Shown here: positions 1-7,929 of the stretch, one piece after another
How positions within the stretch are numbered: the stretch's first letter is position 1
Layout of the letters: each line of letters starts with the position of its first letter
DNA from: Selaginella moellendorffii
Taxonomy: Eukaryota > Plantae > Lycopodiophyta
NCBI RefSeq assembly: GCF_000143415.4
Contig: NW_003314387.1
Span: forward strand, 439,258-449,091
Reading direction: 5' to 3'
DNA length: 9,834 bases
Notes under the pieces: generated by a model
What the model was told of the DNA's origin: nothing
The model's input: only the letters and a program-made list of their open reading frames with translations
Databases searched by the model: none
Program-made: the position numbers and the translations under genes

Positions 1-16
1 TCTTGATACCTTGGCC

Positions 17-77
17 TTGGTATCTTCGGTTTTGGTATCTTCGGTTTTGGTATCTTGGGTATTGTTGGTATCCTTGG
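17..77. repeat. 15 bp tandem repeat (TTGGTATCTTCGGTT) x3-4, coding (RRYQN)n on minus
   Basis: Units at 17-31, 32-46 and 47-61, plus a degenerate fourth. The period is a multiple of 3. Confidence 0.9.
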
Positions 78-328
78 TTGTAGTTGTCTCGGTTTGCTGG
101 GTAGTTCCAGTTCGGCGGGTGTCGTTGATCGTTGTAGTTGTTGTAATTGTTGTAGCGAGGTTGATCATTCCATTGTCGACTCTGGTGTTGGAAGTTGTTT
201 CTCAGCAGTCTCCAGTTTGTTGGAGGTGGTGGCTGGTAATTGTTGAAGTATTGATTTGGATATGGTTTTCGAAATTGCTGTCGGGGATAGTTCGAGACTT
301 GTCAAACTTTTGGAGAATTTCAAAATCT

Positions 329-433
329 GCAAGTTTTGGAGTCATGACCTTCTTTGGTACAGATCTAGCATTTGGAGATTTGGAGCTTGTAGTCACTTGC
401 CGGATGTCCTTCGTTCTTGCACTTAGTACACCA
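329..433 (-). other. Tandem CCHC zinc knuckles of the gag nucleocapsid (degenerate)
   Basis: A frame absent from the ORF track reads WCTKCKNEGHPASDY KLQISK C*ICTKEGHDSKTC, i.e. two C-x2-C-x4-H-x4-C motifs. The first has its last C as Y; the second has an internal TAG at 365-367. Confidence 0.85.
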
Positions 434-1954
434 AATTCTAGATCGAAATTCTTTGATGTCGGCCTTGGCTTTTCCCTTGAGCTTGTCGATTTTTTTCTTG
501 AGTTTCCGAAGTTTTGACTTGGTGCTCTCTCCGAGTTCATCTCGAAGTTGTTGTAGGAACTGCTATCAGAATCTGAGTTATCTGTGTCATCTACTTGTGC
601 TATCATTCGTCGAGCTTGAACATCTTGATGGGCTCTTGTGAGTTCGAGATAAGTGGTAATGTTGATGTGCGTTGCCGCTTCTCAGAGGGATCGTTGGAGT
701 CCTTGCATGTACCATTGGTAAAGTAATGTTTCGGTGGCACTGTTGCCGCATTTGCTGGCATGTTGAGTGAAGGTTTGAGTGTAGTTGTCGATGGATTGAC
801 CAGACTTCTACTTGAGTTTTTGGATCTTGTGAAGTCGTTGGCTTTGAGTGAGGGAAGACTTGAATCGGTCTACGAGCTTGAGTGCGAGGTCGTCAAAACT
901 TGTATTTTGAGGAAGCGTTTGAGCCCATTTGTTGGCTCTTGTTCGAAAGGGTACATCAGAAATAGTATGGAAGTTCAGTCGTCTAGCTGTTGATTCGGAT
1001 TGCTTCTCGGAACTGTTCAACATGTTTCTTGGCATCTTCTGACTTCAAACCATGAAATAGTGGATAGGAGACGTGTCTTCTGACAGGTATGTTGGCAACG
1101 GCGGTAGTGACTGCCATTTTCTATTGGTAGTAATGTTGGTGTCGAGATTGTTTTGTCAGGTTGTCACCATGGAGTCCTAAGGTGATTTGTAGCAAGGGGT
1201 TGTCGGGTCAATAGCAAAGTTGGTGTAAGAAGAAGGTGGTGAATTGTTGTTGTTATTTAGTGGACTCTTCTCTGTTTTTTCTTCTATGTTGGGACTGTTT
1301 TTGGGTGTGTCATCAACGTCGTTGTCGGTGTTGGGTTGCTTGCTAGTGTTGATTTTTGGAAGATGGTGCTCAAACTTGTTGTCGACGTATTTGTCAGAGT
1401 TATGTTGTCTTGGTTGTGGTTGTTCTTCTAAATTGTCAAAGAGTTCTTCGAATGTATAGTTGTGTGGTGATTGTGGTTGCTGTGGAAGATTGTTGTCGTC
1501 GACGATTGGTTCGTCGATCTCGTTGTTGTTGGATGATTGGAGCTGTTCGGCAGTTTGGTGTGAGTTGTTGACGTCGAATGCTTGACTATTGGATGATTCA
1601 GGTTGTTCATCTTTACTGCTGTTGACTGGGTATATCGGAGTGCGACTGTAATTGGTGAAGTCGAGCTGTTGTCTTGTCAGCGCGTTGAAGTTGAAAGAGT
1701 GTTCGAAAGGTCTTGCTGATAGTGGGCTTCGGTAGATGTTGGAAGCAAATGTGGGATATATTGGTGTTGTGAATATCGGTCAATATGGCGAAAATGGTGC
1801 TGGTCTAGTGAAGTCTGTGAAGCTGGGCGGGAAACTTGGTCGTTCGTCATCACTGTAGATGGGGTTGGTGAATGTACCTTTGAAGTGGTTGTATGCTGCT
1901 TGAAAAATGTTTTATTGCTCGGGCGTAGTCTGTGTCGACTACTCAAATGTTCGG

Positions 1955-2036
1955 TCGGGCTCAGGCACTTTGGTGGGTGCCGTCGAGGGTGTTGATTCAG
2001 GCTCGGGCACTTCGGTGGGTGCTGTCGAGGGTGCTG
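1955..2036. repeat. 42 bp tandem duplication encoding PSTAPTEVPEP / PSTAPTKVPEP (minus)
   Basis: Two near-identical copies start at 1955 and 1997. Confidence 0.9.
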
Positions 2037-3243
2037 CCGGTGGTGTGTCTGGTGGTGTTGTGTAGTTGTCATATTCTTCGCAGATGTCCAATACTGGTTC
2101 ATCGGAGTTAGCTCGCGGTAATAATTTGTGTCGGATGTAATTCTCTCTCTTGGAGGGTCTAACAATTTGATTCAACTTCTCTTAGTCTTTCTTTCTCTTT
2201 GTTTCTAAATTCTTCAAATCTCTATCTAAACTTCGGATAAGCTGTTGTCGGTCTTCTTTCGACTTGTTGGATGTTCTTCGTGGTTTTGGATACATGCATT
2301 CTTCTACTAGTTGTCGGTGTCAGATTCGTGTCTGCAGTCAATCATGCAGTTTGGGTAGAACTTCGGGAAGACTGTCGGCGGGTCAATTGTCGATAAAGTC
2401 ATTGTGAGGTTGTTATTTCTTTTCTGTGCAAATATTGACGGTGGTGCGTGTTGGGTTGGGTTGTGTTCAGCCGAGTTGTGTTGGGTCGAGTGTGCTGGTG
2501 CAGTATGCAGACTGGTCTTCCACTTGCTGGTGCCGAGATGGAGTTTGATGAAGAGTTTCGGATATTTGGGTTTGTCTGGAATGATTTCTTCGATAATGTC
2601 GTCAAGTTGTTGGAGTCCGGATTGGGCGATGGCGTGATTGGCGAGAGTTGTTGCAGCGAACGTGTTGATTTCGAACTGAGTTCGGACTGTTGTTTTGGTG
2701 CTGAGCTGTTGACTCTATCGGAGGGGTTGTCGAAAAATTGGTGGTGCGTTGTCAAGTTGTCCCTCGACAAGTTCTCTGATACTTGGTAATAGAGTGATGG
2801 GTTCGTCGTTGGTGTAGGTTCTGAGGATGTGCTTCGGTATTTGGAGTGGATGCAGGAATTGGAATTGTGTCGGAGCACTAGGATTGCTGGGTCGACGACT
2901 GCACGGAAGATGAGTTCGTTTCAGCAGTGGTGTCGGTTTGTGTCGAGCGCACTGGTTGAGGTCTCGAGCTTGGAGTGGGTGGTCTTGTGCTCGGAGATGG
3001 AGTTCGCCAATGAAGCTGTTGAGGGCGTCCGCTGATGAAGGTGCTGGTAGATTGGAGTTTCTTGTCAAAGAGGGCTGTTGGTGGTCTTTGTTGGTGATTG
3101 GACTCGGAGATCGAGAGAGAGAGAGCTTTCAGATTCTGCAAAGATCTCCTCTGGGAAGGGTCTGCCTCTACTATGTTGGGCGGCGATCGCTTGGACGCTG
3201 TTGATCCATATTGGTGGTGGCATTTGTTTGTTGAATTTGGGCG

Positions 3244-3295
3244 AATTGGGTGGTGAATTGGGTAGCAAATTGGGTGGCTAATTGGGTAGCGAATT
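3244..3295. repeat. 12 bp tandem repeat AATTGGGT(G/A)GCN x4 in the retroelement 5' leader
   Basis: aattgggtggtg, aattgggtagca, aattgggtggct, aattgggtagcg. The alternating G/A gives a 24 bp higher-order period. Confidence 0.9.
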
Positions 3296-3394
3296 TTGGC
3301 AAGTTGGGTAGATTGCTTGATCTTTCTTGCTATCTGCGCACAAAGAATGGAGAAAGAATGGAAGAATTTGTGAACCTAAAGGGGAATTCAAAAG

Positions 3395-3406
3395 CTGTGG
3401 TCGCCA
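3395..3406 (-). promoter_or_regulatory. Primer-binding site complementary to the 3' end of tRNA-Arg(UCG)
   Basis: + strand CTGTGGTCGCCA matches my recollection of the 3' terminus (with CCA) of plant tRNA-Arg(UCG). It lies 2 nt from the LTR CA end. Confidence 0.8.
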
Positions 3407-3408
3407 AA

Positions 3409-3838
3409 TGAAAAGGTGTGAAAACTCTTCTTCGCTGGAAATCTATTGTTAGTAAGAAAACAAAAGAGAAAAAGGCCCGATCCCCAAGGGCAGAGAAGAA
3501 GCACGAGAAAAAGGATGCTATGTAATGATGGAATGGAGATAGGGATCCACAATTTGGATTCCCCCTTTTGAAAGGCTAGCGGTTCTAACTACTAGCATAT
3601 ACTATATGCTGTGCATGATTTAATCTATGGCTCCGATGCAGCCTTGGGTTCAAAGTCGGAGTCCCCTGAGCCTGGGTTTTTGGTTAATACACAATGTGTC
3701 AAGTGCAGTGCTTCGCGTAAGCTTGTGGGTGTGACTAGGCTAGTGGAGTCATGTTTTAAAGCTTCTCCTTGTCCCTTACCATGCTCGCAGTGGCTTAACG
3801 TACCCATGAGCAGTTGAGGGACTTCTTCGAACCTCACA
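3409..3838 (-). repeat. 5' LTR (~430 bp)
   Basis: On + it starts TGAAAAGG 2 nt after the PBS and ends CCTCACA (TG...CA termini, imperfect short inverted repeat). The right boundary coincides with the start of homology to the duplicated host cassette. The partner LTR is not in the window, so the 3838 end is inferred. Confidence 0.7.
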
Positions 3839-3843
3839 TATCC

Positions 3844-4305
3844 TTGTGTTGTATCATCGCCTCGCTTGCCATGCTTCTTCTCTTGTCAGCCATCAGCTAT
3901 GCAGAGTCTAAACCTGCAAGCAGCTCTTGAGGAATTGTTTGCTCTCACCTGATGCTCGATCAAGGCTCTCACAACGTACTCGGGACTAGACTACAGTGGA
4001 TATCACTGATGCAACAAGCTTTAGGTTCCGAGTCTAAGTTAGTTGCACCAACTCAAAGATGTTCTGTTTTGTTTCATGGTTTTGAACATGGTTTTTCTAT
4101 AGGAACAAGCATCAGACTGGAAGCTTTTGGGTGGTGTCTTGATGAATTAAGCTCCCTGAGGGTTTCATCTTGCGAAGAAGAGAGAAACAACTACCCCCAA
4201 CCTTCAGCACTCTTGACATTTCCAGATGCCTTGCAACTCGAATCTCTTGGGCAGAACGCACCGGTGCTCTTGAGGGGGGTGCCTGGTTCAAATCAAACTG
4301 ATGGG
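3844..4305 (+). pseudogene. F-box/LRR protein pseudogene, LRR part only (N-terminus separated by the LTR element)
   Basis: LRR-like segments LVAP, LSSLRVSSC, PNLQ/TLDISRC and GCLVQIKL lie across frameshifts. Homologous to the F-box-bearing copy at 4778. Confidence 0.5.
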
Positions 4306-4402
4306 AAACATTCGCGTGCCAGCTGAGCGCCATGCCCAGAATTTCAAGAAACGATTCATGAAAGTAACAAACACGTTAACAAGCTATTAATGCATAATTT
4401 GG

Positions 4403-4497
4403 ACGGGAACCTGTTGGCCGGATATCTGGCTCGAATAAAAACAATTATTGGCAAGGTCACAGGTTCGAACCCACAGCCAGAGACCCAATTAAATTTT
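4403..4497 (+). ncRNA. tRNA-like (Pol III A/B-box) element, copy 1; not a canonical tRNA
   Basis: A-box-like TGGCCGGA (4415), canonical B-box GGTTCGAACCC (4462-4472), CCA at 4485-4487 and TTTT at 4494-4497. The T-stem pairs only 2 bp and there is no recognisable anticodon arm. Confidence 0.55.
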
Positions 4498-4777
4498 ACT
4501 TCGCTTGCGCAAGGCACCTGGGTCTTTATGGAATTCGCTGGAGTGCAGCAGCAGCCACGATGATCATGGTCAGTGTGTCGATCTAGCCCAGACTCTTCCT
4601 TTTGCTTTAAAGTCATGCTGGAACGCGTCTCAGCATTGCTCGCTTGAACGCCAACAGGTTTGGACGAGGAGAGGAGCTTAAACTTGCAGCCCGCGTGACT
4701 CGCAATGCAGCCTTGTCTACGAAAGTATCATTGCATTTCAGCTAGAGGGGGTGTCCAAGTTTGCTAAATCCTCCTAC

Positions 4778-5300
4778 ATGCTTCGTCAAAATAGCGAATC
4801 GCCGAGGACTACTGACGACCTGGATAACGATACGCTGCTCCACACTTTCCAGCAGCGTTTGACTGCCACGCTTGTGCCAACCTCATGTAAGAAAGAGTGG
4901 AGCTGAGCGAGAGCGTAGCCTTTCTTCTCGACGTGGGTCCTTGCAGAGCATTGTGTTGTATCATTCCACCGCTTGTCATGCTTCTTCTTTGCTCTCACCT
5001 GACGCTCGATCAAGGCTCTCACAGGCTGCAATGAATAACAAAGGAATCACTGGTGCATCAACCCTCAGGTTCTGAGTCTAATCAGTTGCACCAAATCAGG
5101 GATGTGCCTCTCGTGTTTTTGGGAGTGAGTATTTAATTTCATGGTTTTGAACATGGCCAGAGGATTTGATCTTGCAAAGAAGAGAGAAACAAATAAATAC
5201 CCCAACCTCCAGCACTCTTGACATTTCCAGATGCCTCTCAACTCTGCTCTTCAAGAGGGTGCTTGGATCAAATCTAGCTTGCTCATTTTCCAGAAACTTT
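4778..5300 (+). pseudogene. F-box/LRR protein pseudogene (cassette copy B)
   Basis: ATG 4778 gives MLRQNSESPRTTDDLDNDTLLHTFQQRLTATLVPTSCKKEWS* (stop 4904-4906), resembling the F-box motif DLPDDxLxxIxxRL...SKxW. LRR-like remnants ITGASTLRF, VAPN, PNLQ/TLDISRCLSTLL and GCLDQI* follow. Confidence 0.6.
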
Positions 5301-5775
5301 TCTTGTTCCGAGAAACAAATTTTGCTCCAAAAAAATCCTGGAACCAAGAAGAGAGGCTTGGAAACGTTCGCGCGACCTTGCCCACGTGATTGATACGGAA
5401 CAAGAAATCAGCACGCGTGCCATTCACTCAAAATCAAAAACAAGCGAAACACTTTAACAGGCTATTAATGTTACGGGAACCTGTTGGCCGGATATCTGGC
5501 TAGAATAAAGAAATTTATTGGCAAGGTCACAGGTTCGAATCCACAGCCAGAGAACCACCTAAAAACACTTTTTTCAAGTGTAGGCGATGTTGGAGTTTCT
5601 CCGCGATATTGGAATTTCCTTGTTTCTCCCTCCCGCAGGCTCGAGAGACAAAAAAGACAGTGGTCGATCTAGCCCAGAAACAAAGGATCCTGGAATGTGT
5701 CTCTCGCTTGGAACGATAATAGATTTGGAGGAGGAACTTGCGCCTCGCGTGACTCGCAATGCAGCCTTGTTACGA
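4951..5775 (+). repeat. Cassette copy B, direct repeat of 3844-4725
   Basis: Same ordered homology blocks as copy A, with many indels. The offset is exactly 1070 bp at the tRNA-like element. Confidence 0.9.
5473..5574 (+). ncRNA. tRNA-like element, copy 2
   Basis: 75/80 identical to copy 1 with no indels (manual count). B-box GGTTCGAATCC at 5532-5542, CCA at 5555-5557, T6 run at 5569-5574. Confidence 0.55.
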
Positions 5776-5938
5776 TCGCACAGAGTGCTGCAGACTGCCA
5801 AGGAAGAACACGAACGCTGAGCGGCACACTCTGCAAGCTGGAACGCGAGCTATTGAGCGGAGCAGAGACAGGACACGACCCTGGACATCGGTTTACCGAT
5901 GCCCAAGAGTTTTGGCAACCTTCGAATGGCTGTGAGTC

Positions 5939-6160
5939 ATGATCTCCAGCCCAGAGGACAGGTCCAACTAGCATCGGACTTTTCCCCACTCTTTCATTTT
6001 CCAGCGCTGGAATTTGGCTCGACACTGGCCTCGTCTAGCTTCCCAGATCTCCCCAGCAGATCCACCAAGCATCTTAAATGTTCCATGATCGTGGACATGC
6101 TGTAGTCTTGGGCTATGGACGACAAGTAGTTCTCATCCCGAGATGACTGCAGGCAGAAGA
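5939..6160 (-). pseudogene. PLS-class PPR protein pseudogene fragment (L2/S2/E region)
   Basis: SACSHLGM, frameshift, YLSSIAQDYSMSTIMEHLRCLVDLLGRSGKLDEA, deletion, VEPNSS/WK ... AGDH. This matches the PLS-PPR consensus SACSHxG...YGIxPxxEHYxCxVDLLGRxGxLxEA...MPxxP...W. Confidence 0.85.
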
Positions 6161-6725
6161 GCTCGCTCTGATCACAAGATGCAAAGGAGGGAGAAGCGTT
6201 GCAAAATTTTTTGATTGGGTTGCTGGCTGTGGATTCGAACCTGTGACCTTGCCAATATATCCGGCCATCAGGTTCCCGTCCAAATCGGACACTAATTGCT
6301 TCTTACCTTCACCATAACGGCGCAAGCTCTCGCTCATTTCTAAGCATCCTTTCTAAACCCGTGGGAACGTTTTATAAGGCTGTCATCCTTTCTGCGGTTG
6401 TCAAGCTCACATTATGGAATGAAGATTTCACCACTGAATCCCTGGGATAACCTACCTTTTCGTTTTTTGAGAAACAAGGTTTCCCTGCATCCAACGACTG
6501 AATGTCCGAAGATGGCTTGTTTGAGCATTGAAGATTAAATTGATCCAGGCACGCTCTTGATTGGCAGCAAAGTTAAGAGTACAAGGCTGGAGGTACTTCT
6601 CTGTTCTTTCAAATCCTGGGGAGCTATTTCATCAAGGGGCTTTCTTGTCGTGTTCTATCCAAGTTTGATGCTTGTTCCTAGCAGCAACAAGAAAAAATCC
6701 ATGAAATTTCAAGTCACACCCTGTG
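5980..6725 (-). repeat. Cassette copy C, inverted relative to A and B
   Basis: Reverse-complement matches include the tRNA-like element, ttgatccaggcac (6540; rc of 4279 and 5259), gggagct.tt.catcaag, tgatgcttgttccta, ccatgaaa, ttctccctcc and tgtcg.tc..tagccca.gact. Confidence 0.8.
6203..6279 (-). ncRNA. tRNA-like element, copy 3 (21 nt shorter internally)
   Basis: The reverse complement reads ACGGGAACCTGATGGCCGGATATATTGGCAAGGTCACAGGTTCGAATCCACAGCCAGCAACCCA-ATCAAAAAA-TTTT. It lacks the CTGGCT...AATT block of copies 1 and 2. Confidence 0.5.
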
Positions 6726-6948
6726 TGAAGAAGAGGGGGCAATGCATGGAAAGTACTCGAGGCCAAAAGGTGGCTGTCCACAACAAGAGTATTTAGAGCA
6801 AAAAGGGCGAAAGATGAACTGTGGGAAAGCAATGCTTTCACTACAACGTATATCCCTTGTGCCCTGCTGATCAATCCAAAAGCCACAACGCTGGTGGTAG
6901 TGCAGCAGCTCCTCCGTCCCGCGTTTAAATTCTACAAGCTCTTGCCAG

Positions 6949-7606
6949 GTGCAAGGTTCCATGGCCGTTTGCGACAAGAGAAATGCTGGTCACGTCTTTC
7001 GAACTGGAGCTACCTGAATTGGATGCCGTGGTTGGCTGCTTGCGAACAGTTAAGCTATCAATCACTGTGCCTCTTTTGTTATTTTATTCACTCCAATGGT
7101 GGTGATTTGCCAGGTCCCCCAGGAAGCAGAGACTATCGTCAAGGAGACCATCCATGGTTTTAATGCTTCTCATTTGCCTCCTCCAAAAGAGGGCGTCATT
7201 CGCATGGAAGCCAACGGTGGATTCATCCTCCAGAAGATTAGCGACGAGAAATGCTACATAAGGTACACTATTAGTTTTTTTTTTTTTTTGTTTTCTTCTT
7301 AAGATAGTCACTACTTCTTTTACAGAGCAGTAATACACCTGGACCTTAAGGTCGACCTTGTTCCGACATGGGTGATTAACTTCCTTGGGCGTCAAGTTGT
7401 GGGACACGGCTTCAGGCTATACCTCAAGGTATATTTCTTTCCTTTTGGGGTGAAAAATGTCTAAACTTTGTGTGTTACAACAGACTGTTTCTTCTGTTAA
7501 AGAGAGCAAAGTGTTTCAAGAATGCATCAGGCAACAGCCACTCTACAGCCGCATAACGTTACAGATGCTACCAAAATCGAGCCACCAAAATGGATACAAG
7601 AGTTGA
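6949..7606 (+). pseudogene. START/SRPBCC (polyketide cyclase/lipid-transport superfamily) gene fragment; four open exons, 5' exons decayed
   Basis: Exons 6949-7048, 7114-7262, 7326-7428 and 7484-7606 are joined by phase-compatible GT-AG introns of 65, 63 and 55 nt. Translation: CKVPWPFATREMLVTSFELELPELDAVVGCLRT VPQEAETIVKETIHGFNASHLPPPKEGVIRMEANGGFILQKISDEKCYIR AVIHLDLKVDLVPTWVINFLGRQVVGHGFRLYLK TVSSVKESKVFQECIRQQPLYSRI... The PWPxxxRE and DxKxxxVPxWVINF motifs are START-typical. No intact upstream exon or start codon. Confidence 0.8.
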
Positions 7607-7613
7607 GGTGCTT

Positions 7614-7679
7614 TTCATAAGAAGTATTCATAAGAAGTATTCATAAGAGCATTTACATTTATAAACAATTTATAAACAA
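7614..7679. repeat. Short tandem duplications: TTCATAAGAAGTA x2.7 (7614-7648) and ATTTATAAACA x2 (7657-7678)
   Basis: Exact repeats, read directly from the sequence. Confidence 0.9.
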
Positions 7680-7929
7680 AGAGGAGCTTGAGGCCCACCG
7701 ATACTCCTGAAAAGTCCGAACTTATTCATGAGACATATGCAAGGTGGGTTTTATAAGATTTCTGTTGTTTTGCATGTCTAGAAAAATCTGCTGCAGTCAA
7801 GCTCAAGAAAGAAACCATTCTCTTCTCGATGGAATGAAACTCTCACTTGCTCCATGCTCTGGCGAGGCCATGGCAAACAAAATGGGTGGACTCTTCGTCT
7901 CAATCTGACAAGCAGCTGATGCAAAGGCT

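Larger units (their letters stand above)
1..3223 (-). pseudogene. gag: gag pseudogene: long S/T/P/N-rich N-terminal region, capsid domain, two zinc knuckles, Q/N/R/Y-rich tail
   Basis: Candidate ATG at 3223 (MPPPIWINS). Core 1072-676 reads VSYPLFHGLKSEDAKKHVEQFREAIRINS*TTELPYYF*CTL, then after a frameshift RANKWAQTLPQNTSFDDLALKLVDRF...IQKLK*KSGQSIDNYTQTF...YQWYMQGLQRSL*. This is the Retrotrans_gag pattern, including the MHR-like QxxGQSIDNY. Multiple stops and frameshifts. Confidence 0.85.
1..3838 (-). mobile_element. Degenerate Ty3/gypsy LTR retrotransposon, 5' half (non-chromovirus, Tat/Ogre-like); continues past the left edge
   Basis: The minus strand reads LTR (TGTGAGG...CCTTTTCA), a 2 nt spacer, PBS TGGCGACCACAG, then a disrupted gag with a Retrotrans_gag core and two CCHC knuckles. 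The sense strand is strongly A/C-rich over 1-3350. Host sequence homologous to 4951 onward resumes at 3844. Confidence 0.9.
3844..4725 (+). repeat. Cassette copy A (5'-truncated F-box/LRR remnant + tRNA-like element + PPR-like remnant)
   Basis: Colinear blocks shared with 4951-5775 include ttgtgttgtatcat, tttgctctcacctga.gctcgatcaaggctctcaca, tttcatggttttgaacatgg, cagcactcttgacatttccagatgcct, gtcgatctagcccaga and cgcgtgactcgcaatgcagccttgt. Confidence 0.9.

Noticed and set aside
11-3281. Hydrophobic V/L/C-rich plus-strand ORFs (e.g. 11-517, 2448-2789) that look like membrane proteins
   Set aside because: Antisense shadows of the A/C-rich gag strand.
17-3295. CRISPR-like arrays
   Set aside because: The repeats are head-to-tail with no unique spacers, the context is eukaryotic, and no cas-like sequence is seen.
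3611-3837. Short ORFs inside the LTR
   Set aside because: No recognisable motifs; lengths expected by chance.
4112-4333. Minus-strand EMSRVLKVGG.CFSLL resembling a class I SAM methyltransferase motif (also at 5096-5347)
   Set aside because: No other methyltransferase motifs. Differences between copies (CTT/CTC, CTG/TTG) are synonymous in the plus-strand LRR reading, and the first is non-synonymous (K/E) in this frame. An F-box motif lies upstream on plus.
4403-4487. Functional canonical or intron-containing tRNA gene
   Set aside because: No 5 bp T-stem, no proper D-arm or anticodon arm, and the 5' GGGAACC does not pair fully with the 3' end.
5899-5935. SHSKVA on minus as the DYW HSEKLA motif
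   Set aside because: Too short, and too close to the AGD segment to fit DYW spacing.
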